DNA from: an uncultured Bacteroidales bacterium
GTDB lineage: Bacteria; Bacteroidota; Bacteroidia; Bacteroidales; UBA932
Direction: 5' to 3'
DNA: 64,000 bases
NCBI GenBank assembly: GCA_944322565.1
Contig: CALUPG010000002.1
Location: forward strand, 208,522 to 272,521
The notes under the pieces: model-generated
Seen by the model: the letters and a program-made list of their open reading frames with translations, nothing else
What the model was told of the DNA's origin: nothing
Databases searched by the model: none
Program-made: the position numbers and the translations under genes
Shown here: one piece after another, positions 29,338 through 39,864 of the stretch
Layout of the letters: each line of letters starts with the position of its first letter
Numbering within the stretch: the first letter of the stretch is position 1

Positions 29338-30198
29338 ATGAAAAATTTTCTGCAGACAGCATTATTGTCGTTGACGGCATTATTGTCGCCGGCGGCTTTT
29401 TCTACGGCCGACATTGCGGCCAGTTCGGCGGATGAGTCCTGCCTCAGGGTGGTGTCCTTCAATATACGCAACGGAGAGGCCAACGACGGCACCAATTCAT
29501 GGATATACCGGTATCCGGCATCCGTTCTTATGGTACGTGAAGTCAAGCCTGACATTATGGGACTTCAGGAGGCTTATGAGTATCAGGTCAATTTCCTCGC
29601 CGAGAATCTCAAGGACTACAAGTGTGTGGGTGTCGGTCGGGAAGACGGGAAGCATGAGGGAGAGCACATGTCCATCTTCTATAACAAGAAAACAGTTTCT
29701 TTGAAAAAATGGGGCACTTTCTGGCTTTCGGAGACGCCGGACGAGCCATCCCTCGGATGGGACGGGGCCTGCCGCAGGACTGCGACTTGGGCTTTGATGA
29801 AAGACAAGAGGACCGGACATTTGTTCTACTATGTCAATACTCATCTTGACCATGTGGGCAAGGCTGCGCAGCGCAACGGACTGAATCTGATTGTAGAGAA
29901 AATCACCGGGATGAATCCCGACAATCTGCCCGTGGTCCTTACCGGAGACTTCAATGTGGAGCCGGAAGACAGTATCCTTGATGTCCTTGACGGCAAGATG
30001 ACAAGTGCGAGGGATGCTGCCGTCAAGACAGACCGGCACGGGACTTACAACGACTGGGGGAAAGCATCGTCAGTGATAGACTATATCTATTTTTCTGGCT
30101 TCTCTTCCTGTCCAGAATTCCGGACTGTTACGGAAAAGTTCGGAGACTGGCCATTTGTCTCCGACCATTATCCGGTGACAGCTGACCTGAAGTTCTGA
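29338..30198 (+). CDS. Exported endonuclease/exonuclease/phosphatase-family protein
   Basis: Signal peptide, SFNIR, GLQE, NTHLD, GDFN, IDYI and SDHYPV. Confidence 0.9.
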   Translation: MKNFLQTALLSLTALLSPAAFSTADIAASSADESCLRVVSFNIRNGEANDGTNSWIYRYPASVLMVREVKPDIMGLQEAYEYQVNFLAENLKDYKCVGVGREDGKHEGEHMSIFYNKKTVSLKKWGTFWLSETPDEPSLGWDGACRRTATWALMKDKRTGHLFYYVNTHLDHVGKAAQRNGLNLIVEKITGMNPDNLPVVLTGDFNVEPEDSILDVLDGKMTSARDAAVKTDRHGTYNDWGKASSVIDYIYFSGFSSCPEFRTVTEKFGDWPFVSDHYPVTADLKF

Positions 30199-30201
30199 CT
30201 T

Positions 30202-33200
30202 CTACCTGGTGACTATCTGATACCCGATGCCGATGCTCTCAAGCTGGTCCATCAGCTGCTGGTTGAGAGTCACCTGGAATTTCCTTGACAGGAAATCTAC
30301 CTTGAAATGAGTCTGTGGATCATGCAGGGTCATGGTCAGGGGAATGCTGCCCTTGTTCCTTTTGATGATATCCACAAGGCTTTTCCTGAAGTCTCCTGAC
30401 AACAGGGTTGTGGAGATGCTGAGCTTGAGGCTTTTCACATATGTTTCGGCAACATTGCCCAGATGGATGATTTTCTTGATTCTGAAGCCGAATGGAGGGT
30501 CTCCCTTGAGCTTTCTTTCTTCAGGGCTTCTCGGGTAGATTTCTTCTACTCTGCCTTCAATGAACACTGCCGAATTCATTTCAAGCTGCTTTTTAAGGTC
30601 ATCTATGGCCTTTCCGTTGACGGACAATTCATAGCTTCCCTCAAAATCTTCGATAGTGGCCCGGAAGAAAGGTTTTCCGAACCTGTTGACACCGGAGTTC
30701 ACCGCTGTTATGAAGCCTCCTATGGCAGCATTCTGCGGGGATTTCTTCTCAAAGCAGTCATCAATGAAAGGTTTCAGAGAATCAAGGTGGACTGAAGTGA
30801 AATTCTTCAGTTCAAATGCATACCTGTCAAGCGGATGAGATGACAGATACATGCCGACGAGCTCTTTCTCCTGATGCAGAAGTTCGAGGGTATTCTCTTC
30901 ACCAGTCATTTCCGGCATGTCAGGCCGCTTCGGCTTCATTTCTTCAGAATCCCCGAAAAGAGATACGGATTCCGCCATCGCATCTTTCCTGTAGAGGTCC
31001 GCATATCTTACAAGGGCGTCAAGGAATATGTCTCCGGAGCCTGTGGGTCTCGTATATTGGCTTCTCTTATATCCGAAACTGTCGAATGCGCCTGAATACA
31101 GAAGGGAATCGTATGCCTTTCTGTTGACCGTGCCTGCCATCCGTTCTGCAAAGTCAAAAATATCCTTGAAAATACCGTGTTCTTCCCGTTCCTTCAGAAT
31201 GGCAGTCACTATATTGTCCCCGAATCCCTTGATGCCGCCGAGTCCGAAACGGATGTTCCCTGCCTTGTTGACGGTAAATCGGGCGTCACTCTCGTTTATG
31301 TCAGGGTTCAGGACTTTTATCCGGGATTTCTTGGCGTCATCTATTATTTTCTTTATCTCATCCATGTTGGAGAGATTCTTGCTCAGGTTGGCTGCCTGAA
31401 ATTCAGCAGGATAATGGGCTTTCAGGTAACCTGTCTGGTAGCTGACCCAAGCATAGCATGTGGCGTGGGACTTGTTGAAGGCATACTGGGCGAATTTCCT
31501 CCAGTCATTCCATATTTTCTTGAGTGTTTTTTCCGGATGCCCGTTGGCTTTGCCTCCTTTGAGAAACTTGTCCCTGAGTGACTCCAGGACATCCAGCTGC
31601 TTTTTTCCCATGGCCTTGCGGAGCTTGTCGGCTTCTCCTTTCGTGAACCCTGCAAGTTTCTGCGACAGAAGCATGACCTGCTCCTGATACACAGTGATGC
31701 CGTATGTGTCCTGAAGATATTCTTCCATTTCCGGCAGGTCGTAGGTAATCTGTTCCCGTCCCTGCTTCCTGTCGACGAATGACGGAATATAATCCATAGG
31801 ACCCGGTCTGTACAGGGCATTCATGGCTATCAGATCCTCAAACCTTGTGGGCTCAAGCTTCTGAAGCCATTGCTTCATGCCTTCAGACTCGAACTGGAAT
31901 ACGCTTGTAGTGTCTCCCCGTCCGTACAGGGCGTATGTAAGCGGGTCATCAATAGGGATTTTCTCTATGTCGATATCGATTCCGTGCCGTTTCCTGATAT
32001 TTTCCAGGCATTCCTTTATGATGGACAAGGTCCTGAGTCCGAGAAAGTCCATCTTGAGCATTCCGACGTCCTCTATGAAGCAGCCCTCGTACTGGGAAAC
32101 CCACACATCCTCGCCCGTCGCCTTGTCTGCCGCTATGCTTATTGGGATATAGTCCGTGAGGTCGCCCCGTCCTATAATCATGGCGCAGGCATGGACTCCA
32201 GTCTGTCGGATGCATCCCTCCAGCTTCAGGGCATAAGTCAATACATCGCGGGTGAGTTCAGGGCCGTTTTCATATTCGTTCTTGAGTTCACTGATGTATT
32301 TGATGCAGTTTTTCAGGGTCGGCTTGTAGTCTTTCTCCACTTCTCCCTTCTTGAATCTCCTGACAGCCCTGATTGTCTGTCCCTCATGCTCCGGATCAGG
32401 GATTTCAACTTCTTTTTCTATGATTTTGAAGTCCTTGTCATCTTCGGTAAGTTCCTCATCCTCCTTCATCGGGATTTCCTGCATCTCCTTGACCTTGATG
32501 GGCCTGTCCGGAATCATCTTGGTAAGCCTGTTGGATTCTTCCATCGGCATGTTGCTGACCCTTCCGACATCTTTTATTGCCATCTTGGCCGCCATTGTGC
32601 CGAAAGTAATGACATGTGAGATGTGGTCCTTCCCGTATGTGTCCTCCACATATTTGAAGACGCGGTAACGCCCGTCATCGTCAAAGTCGATGTCTATATC
32701 AGGCATGGAAATGCGGTCCGGATTCAGGAAACGCTCGAAAAGGAGCTGATATTTGATCGGGTCGATATTCGTGATGCCAAGGCAGTAGGCTACGGCAGAG
32801 CCGGCTGCAGAGCCTCTTCCCGGACCTACTGAAATGCCGTTTCTACGTGCCGCCGCAATGAAGTCCTGCACGATGAGGAAGTAGTCGGGAAATCCCATTC
32901 TGCTGATTGTCTTCAATTCGAAGTCAATGCGTTCTGCCTGCTCTGCATTGAGCTCACCATATCTCCGTGCTGCGCCTTCATAGCACAAGTGGCACAGATA
33001 GGCGACGGAATGAGTGAAGCCTTCGCCCCTGTCATTTCCGTCCTTGTCGCACCGTCCCGCATCAATGATATCCTTGTATTTTTCAAGATGACCCTCAATA
33101 TCTTTCATGAATTCAGGGTCAATCCGGAATATAGGCAGCACATGGCCTCTGTCTATGGTATAGTTTTCTATCTTGTCACAGACTTCAAGAGTGTTTGCAA

Positions 33201-34008
33201 GAAATTCCGGATGGTCAGGGAATAGAGCGGCCATTTCTTCTTCACTCTTGAGATATTCCTGCTGAGTATATCTCAGTCTTTTTTCGTCAGTCAGATATGC
33301 GTTGGTAGTCAGACAGATGAGCCTGTCGTGCGCCGGGCCGTCCTCTTTGCGGACAAAGTGGGCGTCATTGGTGGCCACAATCTTGACACCGGTCTTCTTC
33401 GCCAGTTCGATAATCCCTGCAAGCGCGATTTTCTGTCTTTCCCATACTTCCTGTGACTGGTTCGGCACTTCAGTGCGATGCAGCTGAACTTCAAGGTAGT
33501 AATCATCCCCGAATACTTTCTTATGCCATTCAATGGCCTTTTCTGCTGCAGCAAAGTCTCCGTCAATTATGTTCCTCGGCACTTCTCCGGCAATGCAGGC
33601 CGAGCAGCATATCAGGTCCTTTGAATATTTTTCAATCACCTCGTGGCTGACCCTCGGCTTATAGTACATTCCCTCAATGTGCCCGGTAGACACGATTTTC
33701 ATGAGATTCCTGTAGCCGTTGTAGTTCTTGGCCAGAAGAATGAGGTGATAATAGTCCTTGTGGTCCCTGTCCTTCAGCCTGTGGTCATAATGCCTTGTCA
33801 CATATATCTCGCATCCGACAATAGGCTTTACGGAAGGATGCTTTTTCGCGAATTTGAAAAATTCCTTGACTCCGTACATATTCCCGTGGTCAGTGATGGC
33901 GAGTCCAGGCATTCCAAGTTCTTCGGCCCTGTTGAAAAGATTTTCGATTGATGACTGGCCGTCAAGAATTGAATACTGGGTATGGACGTGAAGGTGGACA
34001 AATGACAT
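30202..34008 (-). CDS. dnaE: DNA polymerase III alpha subunit
   Basis: PHP domain (HLHVH, TDHGNM), GPGRGSAAGS, catalytic PDIDIDF, KMDFLGL and YAFNKSH. Confidence 0.98.
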   Translation of the reverse strand: MSFVHLHVHTQYSILDGQSSIENLFNRAEELGMPGLAITDHGNMYGVKEFFKFAKKHPSVKPIVGCEIYVTRHYDHRLKDRDHKDYYHLILLAKNYNGYRNLMKIVSTGHIEGMYYKPRVSHEVIEKYSKDLICCSACIAGEVPRNIIDGDFAAAEKAIEWHKKVFGDDYYLEVQLHRTEVPNQSQEVWERQKIALAGIIELAKKTGVKIVATNDAHFVRKEDGPAHDRLICLTTNAYLTDEKRLRYTQQEYLKSEEEMAALFPDHPEFLANTLEVCDKIENYTIDRGHVLPIFRIDPEFMKDIEGHLEKYKDIIDAGRCDKDGNDRGEGFTHSVAYLCHLCYEGAARRYGELNAEQAERIDFELKTISRMGFPDYFLIVQDFIAAARRNGISVGPGRGSAAGSAVAYCLGITNIDPIKYQLLFERFLNPDRISMPDIDIDFDDDGRYRVFKYVEDTYGKDHISHVITFGTMAAKMAIKDVGRVSNMPMEESNRLTKMIPDRPIKVKEMQEIPMKEDEELTEDDKDFKIIEKEVEIPDPEHEGQTIRAVRRFKKGEVEKDYKPTLKNCIKYISELKNEYENGPELTRDVLTYALKLEGCIRQTGVHACAMIIGRGDLTDYIPISIAADKATGEDVWVSQYEGCFIEDVGMLKMDFLGLRTLSIIKECLENIRKRHGIDIDIEKIPIDDPLTYALYGRGDTTSVFQFESEGMKQWLQKLEPTRFEDLIAMNALYRPGPMDYIPSFVDRKQGREQITYDLPEMEEYLQDTYGITVYQEQVMLLSQKLAGFTKGEADKLRKAMGKKQLDVLESLRDKFLKGGKANGHPEKTLKKIWNDWRKFAQYAFNKSHATCYAWVSYQTGYLKAHYPAEFQAANLSKNLSNMDEIKKIIDDAKKSRIKVLNPDINESDARFTVNKAGNIRFGLGGIKGFGDNIVTAILKEREEHGIFKDIFDFAERMAGTVNRKAYDSLLYSGAFDSFGYKRSQYTRPTGSGDIFLDALVRYADLYRKDAMAESVSLFGDSEEMKPKRPDMPEMTGEENTLELLHQEKELVGMYLSSHPLDRYAFELKNFTSVHLDSLKPFIDDCFEKKSPQNAAIGGFITAVNSGVNRFGKPFFRATIEDFEGSYELSVNGKAIDDLKKQLEMNSAVFIEGRVEEIYPRSPEERKLKGDPPFGFRIKKIIHLGNVAETYVKSLKLSISTTLLSGDFRKSLVDIIKRNKGSIPLTMTLHDPQTHFKVDFLSRKFQVTLNQQLMDQLESIGIGYQIVTR

Positions 34009-34123
34009 GGTGTTGAACTCTTGGATTTTCAGGTGATGCGTCTTGTTTCCGGAATTTTCTGGAGAGACAAAGATACTTAAAATAGAAAGGAGGACAATAT
34101 AAAGTTTTCAACATGACAGGCGC

Positions 34124-34161
34124 CAAATAAAATGAGGCGGAGCACCCGGCCCCGCCTCATT
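34124..34161 (-). terminator. Intrinsic terminator after secDF
   Basis: AATGAGGCGG/CCGCCTCATT stem followed by TTTATTT on the minus strand. Confidence 0.7.
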
Positions 34162-34185
34162 CTGGCATATCAGTGTGTCTGTGAA

Positions 34186-37100
34186 TTATTTTTTTGCTTC
34201 AGCCTTTGCTGCCTTTCTCTTCTCGACCCACATTGTCACATCGTACATGAGCGGTGTGGCTATGAAGAGGGATGCATAGGTACCGATGGCGATACCGAGG
34301 ATGAGGGCAACTGCAAGACCTCTGATGACTTCACCTCCGAAGATGGCGATGGCCACCATTACCACGAGGGTAGTCAGGGAGGTGTTCATTGTACGTGAGA
34401 GCGTACTGTTGAGGGCCTCATTTGCATTGATGTCAAGAGGCATCTTAGGGTGCAGGTTCTTGTATTCACGGATACGGTCGAAGATGACCACGGTATCGTT
34501 GATTGCATAACCGATGATGGTCAGGATGGCCGCGATGAAGGTCTGGTCCACATCAAGGCTGAACGGAAGTATTCCCGAGAACAGGGAGAAGAATCCGATG
34601 ACAATGATGGCTGTATGGGCAAGACCCATGACACCGCCGAATCCCCATGTCCATTTCTTGAACCTGAAGGCAATGTACACGAAGATGGCGAACAGTGCGA
34701 TGACTACCGCTATTATTGCATCGCTCTTCATGTCATTTGCGATTGTAGGTCCCACCTTGTCTGAACTGATGATACCGTTCGGGTTCTCGAGAGTGGATGT
34801 GAACTCTGACAGAGTGAGGTCTTCCGCAAAGAAGCCTTTGAGTGCGTCATAGAGAATCTGCTCTACTTCGGCATCCACTTCCGTAGACTCCTGGTCAACC
34901 TTGTACTGTGTGGTGATTTTCATCTGGCTTTCGCCTCCGAACTGCTTCACTTCAACTGCTGAACCATAGTTCTGGCTCTGGTCTGCCTCGTCCGCAGCGC
35001 TGAATGCTGCGATGGTTGCTTCCCTGACATCCTCAGCTGCAACAGGCTGGTCGAACCTTACCACGAATGTACGGCCTCCAGTGAAGTCTACACCGTAAGT
35101 GAATCCCTTTGTGAACATCGACACGATGCAGATGATGATGACAATGCCGGAGATTGTATAGGTGTACTTTCTCTTGTTGAGGAAGTTGACATGGGTATTC
35201 TGGAGCAGGTTGCGGGTGAACTTGTTGTCGAATGTGATGTTCTTGCCCTTTGCAAGCCTGTCTTCGAATATGAGTCTTGAAATGAAGATAGATGTCAGTA
35301 TTGAAGTGATGATACCGATGATGAGGGTAGTGGCGAAGCCCTGTACAGGACCGGAACCGAAGATGAAGAGGACGATACCGGTGATGATGGTCGTCAGCTG
35401 TCCGTCTATGATTGCGGAGTATGCGTTTGAGTATCCGTCGGCGACTGCCTTGCTCAGGCCTTTCCCGGAGCGGAGCTCCTCCTTGATGCGTTCATAGATG
35501 ATGACATTGGCGTCCACTGCCATACCCAGGGTCAGGACGAGACCTGCGATACCAGGGAGAGTGAGCACAGCTCCGAATGACACGAGTGAGCCCAGGAGCA
35601 GAAGCACATTGCAGAGCAATGCCACATCAGCCACGAGACCTGCGCCATGGTAGAAGAATGCCATGTATGCCAGCACGAGGAGGAAGGCAATCAGGAAGGA
35701 GATGAGACCTGCATTGATTGACTCTGCTCCGAGTGAAGGTCCTACGACCTGTTCCTGGATGATGGTTGCCGGAGCCGGAAGTTTTCCGGACTTGAGCACA
35801 TTGGCAAGGTCTTCCGCTTCTTCAAGAGTGAAGTTTCCGGTGATTTCGGAGCTTCCTCCGGTGATTTCGGTATTTACGACCGGATATGAATATACCATGC
35901 CGTCAAGGACGATGGCTATCTGGCGGCCGATGTTGTCCTTGGTCATCCTTGCCCATACATTTGCGCCCTCGGCGTTCATTGTCATGGATACATTCGGATT
36001 TCCTCCGTTGCTGCTGTACTGGACGCGGGCGTCGGTCACTGCTCCGCCGTCAAGAGGAGCCTGTCCGTCGCGGGAAGTGGCTTTGATTGCAACAAGTTCG
36101 AATGTGTTTCCGCCCTGGATGTAGGCAGACGGCTTGACTGTCCAGTATGCCTTGAATTCAGGCGGGAAGATAGCCTCTATCTGAGGCATTTTCAGCCAGC
36201 GGTTGATTTTGGCTGTATCAGCATAGCTGGCATATCCGATGCATGCTCCTGACGCAAGTCTGCCGTTGAACATGGCAGGATTGAGAGCGGCGAAGAGAGG
36301 ATTCTCTTTCTTGAACTGCTCCATCTGACCGGCTTCGGTGTCCTGGCTTGTGAGTCCGGCAGCAATCAGTGAGTCGGCGATAGACTGAGGGGCAGTCTCG
36401 GCTGTGGCATCAGCTGCAGTTTCTGCGTTTTCCTCAGCGGCAGGAGTCTCTTCTGCAAGAAGTTCTGCTAGTGTGGAATTGGCCTGCTGCAGGAACGGAT
36501 ATATTTCGCTGTTTTCGTAGGTTGCCCAGAATTCAAGGGATGCTGTTCCCTGAAGAAGTTTCCTCACTCGTTCCGGCTCTTTGACTCCCGGGAGCTCGAC
36601 GAGGATTCTTCCGCTGTTTCCGAGTTTCTGGATGCTCGGCTGGGTCACTCCGAAGCGGTCAATACGGTTTCTGAGTACATTGAATGAGTTGGATATTGCG
36701 CTCTCTGCCTCTTCGCGGATGACGGCAATTACCTCATCGTCAGTGGATTCAGGTCCGATTTTGTCCCTCATCTCGTATGTTCCGAAAATCTGGGCGAGCC
36801 TCTGTCCGTTGCCAACTTCATTCCATGCTTCCTGGAACAGCGTGATGAAGTCGGCCCTGGAAGTTACGCTGCGCTCATTGGCAAGGGCGAGAGCCTGAGA
36901 GAACTCCGGTGACTGATTGTTGCCTGCGAGGGCACGAACGAGATCTTCAAGCTGAACCTGAAGCATCACATTCATACCGCCCTTGAGGTCAAGACCCAGA
37001 TTGATCTCTTTCTCCTTCACATCTTTGTAAGTGTAGCCGAAGTAGACCTTTTCAGTAGATACCGAATCAATGTATCTTCTGTTCTGCTCCTTTCTGATGG

Positions 37101-37296
37101 AATCAAGGCAGTATGCCTGGTCTTCAACGGGCACATTGCTGAATTCAGCTGATTTCTGGTATTCCGCCACGGCTTTCTCCGCATATTTCGCAGCCTTGTT
37201 TTCCTGAATCTTGGTCACAAGGGTGAACGAAAGCTGCCAGAGACATACTATGGCCAGAACAATTGCCACAAATCTGATAGCACCTTTACTTTGCAT
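34186..37296 (-). CDS. secDF: Fused protein translocase subunit SecDF
   Basis: LGLDLKGG, RNRIDRFGV, VGPSLG, GMAVDANVIIYERI, GVDFTGG and GYAINDTVVIFDRIRE. Confidence 0.97.
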   Translation of the reverse strand: MQSKGAIRFVAIVLAIVCLWQLSFTLVTKIQENKAAKYAEKAVAEYQKSAEFSNVPVEDQAYCLDSIRKEQNRRYIDSVSTEKVYFGYTYKDVKEKEINLGLDLKGGMNVMLQVQLEDLVRALAGNNQSPEFSQALALANERSVTSRADFITLFQEAWNEVGNGQRLAQIFGTYEMRDKIGPESTDDEVIAVIREEAESAISNSFNVLRNRIDRFGVTQPSIQKLGNSGRILVELPGVKEPERVRKLLQGTASLEFWATYENSEIYPFLQQANSTLAELLAEETPAAEENAETAADATAETAPQSIADSLIAAGLTSQDTEAGQMEQFKKENPLFAALNPAMFNGRLASGACIGYASYADTAKINRWLKMPQIEAIFPPEFKAYWTVKPSAYIQGGNTFELVAIKATSRDGQAPLDGGAVTDARVQYSSNGGNPNVSMTMNAEGANVWARMTKDNIGRQIAIVLDGMVYSYPVVNTEITGGSSEITGNFTLEEAEDLANVLKSGKLPAPATIIQEQVVGPSLGAESINAGLISFLIAFLLVLAYMAFFYHGAGLVADVALLCNVLLLLGSLVSFGAVLTLPGIAGLVLTLGMAVDANVIIYERIKEELRSGKGLSKAVADGYSNAYSAIIDGQLTTIITGIVLFIFGSGPVQGFATTLIIGIITSILTSIFISRLIFEDRLAKGKNITFDNKFTRNLLQNTHVNFLNKRKYTYTISGIVIIICIVSMFTKGFTYGVDFTGGRTFVVRFDQPVAAEDVREATIAAFSAADEADQSQNYGSAVEVKQFGGESQMKITTQYKVDQESTEVDAEVEQILYDALKGFFAEDLTLSEFTSTLENPNGIISSDKVGPTIANDMKSDAIIAVVIALFAIFVYIAFRFKKWTWGFGGVMGLAHTAIIVIGFFSLFSGILPFSLDVDQTFIAAILTIIGYAINDTVVIFDRIREYKNLHPKMPLDINANEALNSTLSRTMNTSLTTLVVMVAIAIFGGEVIRGLAVALILGIAIGTYASLFIATPLMYDVTMWVEKRKAAKAEAKK

Positions 37297-37447
37297 AATG
37301 TTTTTATAGTTAGATTATTTGATTTTACATTTCTATTGGAAGGCAAGGCACTTGCCAACCGCAAAATAGGGCACAAATTTACTATTTTTTTCTTATAAAT
37401 AAAGTATTTCTTATTTTTGTTGGTCGTAAACGGGCAGGGAGAGGGAA

Positions 37448-39334
37448 ATGAGAATGTATTTGTTCTGTATCCAGGCGGCAGTTGCCGCGATGGTTCTGAA
37501 TGTCGCTGAACTTCAGGCCGGCGACAGCAGTGTCGTCCGTCTGACGGAAGTCGCAGATTCTCTCCGCATGGAATACAGGTTTGAAGACGCTGCCGCAATA
37601 TATCGGGAGGCATCGTCAACAGCAGCCGATTCCCTTGAAAAGATTGCAGCTGAAGAAAAGCTTCTTCTCGCAGAAAACGGCATCAGCATGACCGGCTTCG
37701 TAAGCACGCCGAAAGTTGTCGCCAGACACAGGTTTTCACTTGAGGATTTCTATCTTTTCTATCCGCTTGAGGACAGCAGCTGGGTTACCGTCCCGAACCA
37801 GCTTGACACTGCCGGAGCCAATCATTTCAGCCGGGCCACATATTTGCCGGGCACAGTTGCCAGTGCAGATGCAGGAGACAAAATATATTATTCCGCACCT
37901 GATGCCTCAGGGGCGATGAATATCTATATGACGGAATACAAGGATTCGCTCTGGTCCCTTCCTTCCCTGCTGACGGAGTCGATGACATCTTCCTCGGACG
38001 AGATTTATCCGATGCTGTCGTCTGACGGCAAGACCATGTATTTCTCATCTTCGGGACTTTACGGAGCCGGAGGCTATGACATCTACATGACAGAATGGGA
38101 TGAGTACGCCTCTGAATGGGGAGAGCCGGTCAACCTCGGTTTCCCGTACTCTTCACCATACGATGATTTTCTCTATGTGAATACTCCTGACGGCAAATAT
38201 TCCATCTTTGCATCCAACAGGGGCTGCAGTCGGGACAGTGTCTGTGTCTATGTCCTTGAATATGATCCGATGCCCGTCAGAAAAGAAGTCAGGGACATTC
38301 CGGAACTGCGGCGAATATGCGCCCTTGATCCTGATGACGGCCTGAACGGCCTCAATTCGGTTGGTACCGGCACATCGGTTTCAGATACCATGCCCGATAA
38401 TGTGGACATAAGAAGATATATGGAGAAGGTGTCGGAAGTAAGGCACTACAGGGACTCCCTGTACGGATGCATATCTTCAATTGACAAGGACAGGCAGGCA
38501 TTGCCGGCCACAGAATATGAAGAGGACCGCAAGTCCATTGAGGACAGGATTGCGGCCAACGAAAAGATGATACCCCGGCTTCAGGCATCTCTGGACAGGG
38601 CAATGTCCGATTTGCAGAAAATAGAGATGGAATTCCTGTTCAACGGTGTCGTGATTGACCCGGACAAGATTCAGGCAGAATCCGACAGAGAGGTTGTCGG
38701 GGCTTCCACAGGCTTTGTTTTTACCAAAATGAATCCAGGCACAATGCCGGAAATGAAGTTTGAAGTACTGGAGAGAAAATTTGACTACACATTCATGATT
38801 CTGCCTGAGGGCAGATTTGCGGAAGACAACACATTGCCTCCGGGGCTGGTATATCAGATACAGATATTCTCATTGTCCGGGAAAGCCACTGTGCGTCAGC
38901 TCAACGGGTTGTCTCCGGTGTTTGAGTCCCGGTCATCCTCCGGCAGATACATTTACCGGGTCGGAATCTTCAGAACATACAATGATGTCCTGTCCCGGCT
39001 CAATGCCGTCAAGAAAGCCGGATTCAAGACGGCTTACATTGTGCCGCTTAAAGACGGGCAGGTCATCAGGATGGCTGAGGCAAAGGCTTTGGAAAAGGAG
39101 CAGAAGGCCGATGAGACATTCCGGCTTGTGCTGGTTCCGGCAGACGGCAGCCTGCCTGAAGTCGCAAAGACCGCTCTGCAGCAGTTCGGGGCAAAAGATA
39201 TAGCAAGGACAGAGGAAGACGGGACGGTCAAATATGTCGCCGGTCCTTTCGGCAGCAGGAAGAAGGCGGAAGAAGCGGCAGCGGCGGCCAGGGCGGCCGG
39301 AATACCGGAAGTATCAGTCTCTGTCATGAAATGA
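37448..39334 (+). CDS. Exported PD40 beta-propeller protein with C-terminal SPOR-like domain(s)
   Basis: PD40-like repeats (YPMLSSDGKTMYFSS..YGAGGYDIY; EPVNLGFPYSSPYDD) and SPOR-like YQIQI...YRVGIF......L..VKKAGFKTAYIV. Confidence 0.7.
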   Translation: MRMYLFCIQAAVAAMVLNVAELQAGDSSVVRLTEVADSLRMEYRFEDAAAIYREASSTAADSLEKIAAEEKLLLAENGISMTGFVSTPKVVARHRFSLEDFYLFYPLEDSSWVTVPNQLDTAGANHFSRATYLPGTVASADAGDKIYYSAPDASGAMNIYMTEYKDSLWSLPSLLTESMTSSSDEIYPMLSSDGKTMYFSSSGLYGAGGYDIYMTEWDEYASEWGEPVNLGFPYSSPYDDFLYVNTPDGKYSIFASNRGCSRDSVCVYVLEYDPMPVRKEVRDIPELRRICALDPDDGLNGLNSVGTGTSVSDTMPDNVDIRRYMEKVSEVRHYRDSLYGCISSIDKDRQALPATEYEEDRKSIEDRIAANEKMIPRLQASLDRAMSDLQKIEMEFLFNGVVIDPDKIQAESDREVVGASTGFVFTKMNPGTMPEMKFEVLERKFDYTFMILPEGRFAEDNTLPPGLVYQIQIFSLSGKATVRQLNGLSPVFESRSSSGRYIYRVGIFRTYNDVLSRLNAVKKAGFKTAYIVPLKDGQVIRMAEAKALEKEQKADETFRLVLVPADGSLPEVAKTALQQFGAKDIARTEEDGTVKYVAGPFGSRKKAEEAAAAARAAGIPEVSVSVMK

Positions 39335-39359
39335 ATAGAGTTATAAACATAAATAAGAC

Positions 39360-39830
39360 ATGGCATTTATTATTATCCTCATCGCTGTCGGGATTGTTCT
39401 GATCCTGGCTGAAATATTGCTTGTCCCCGGGGTAGGCGTAGCCGGAATACTTGGACTCGTATCCTTGGGAGGTTCATGTTTTTATGCCTTCCACGAGTTC
39501 GGCCAGACAGCAGGGACTATTGTTACCGTGGTGAATGTAGTGCTCCTGATAGGCCTGACAATCTATGTCCTCCGGGCCAAGACATGGAAAAAGCTTGCGC
39601 TGAATACTAACATTGATTCAAAGATTCAGTTTTTCGATGAAAAGAAACTTGCCGTAGGTGATACCGGAGTGGCAATGACCAGGCTTGCCCCGATGGGGAC
39701 AGTCCGGATAGACGGCAATATGTATGAGGTGAAGTCACTGGAAGGAATAATCAATACCGGTGATGAAGTCGAAGTCGCTATGATTGAGGATAATAAAATA
39801 TATGTCAAGCAGGTGGAAAAGGATTTCTGA
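39360..39830 (+). CDS. NfeD-family membrane protein
   Basis: Three TM helices (AEILLVPGVGVAGILG) and a C-terminal OB fold (G.A.T.LAPMGTVRIDG). Confidence 0.88.
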   Translation: MAFIIILIAVGIVLILAEILLVPGVGVAGILGLVSLGGSCFYAFHEFGQTAGTIVTVVNVVLLIGLTIYVLRAKTWKKLALNTNIDSKIQFFDEKKLAVGDTGVAMTRLAPMGTVRIDGNMYEVKSLEGIINTGDEVEVAMIEDNKIYVKQVEKDF

Positions 39831-39864
39831 ATATAATTGAACAATAATAGTAAAACAAAAAATT

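Noticed and set aside
32325-32495. Intein in DnaE
   Set aside because: Too short, with no N-terminal Cys/Ser block, no His-Asn C-terminal motif and no endonuclease motifs.
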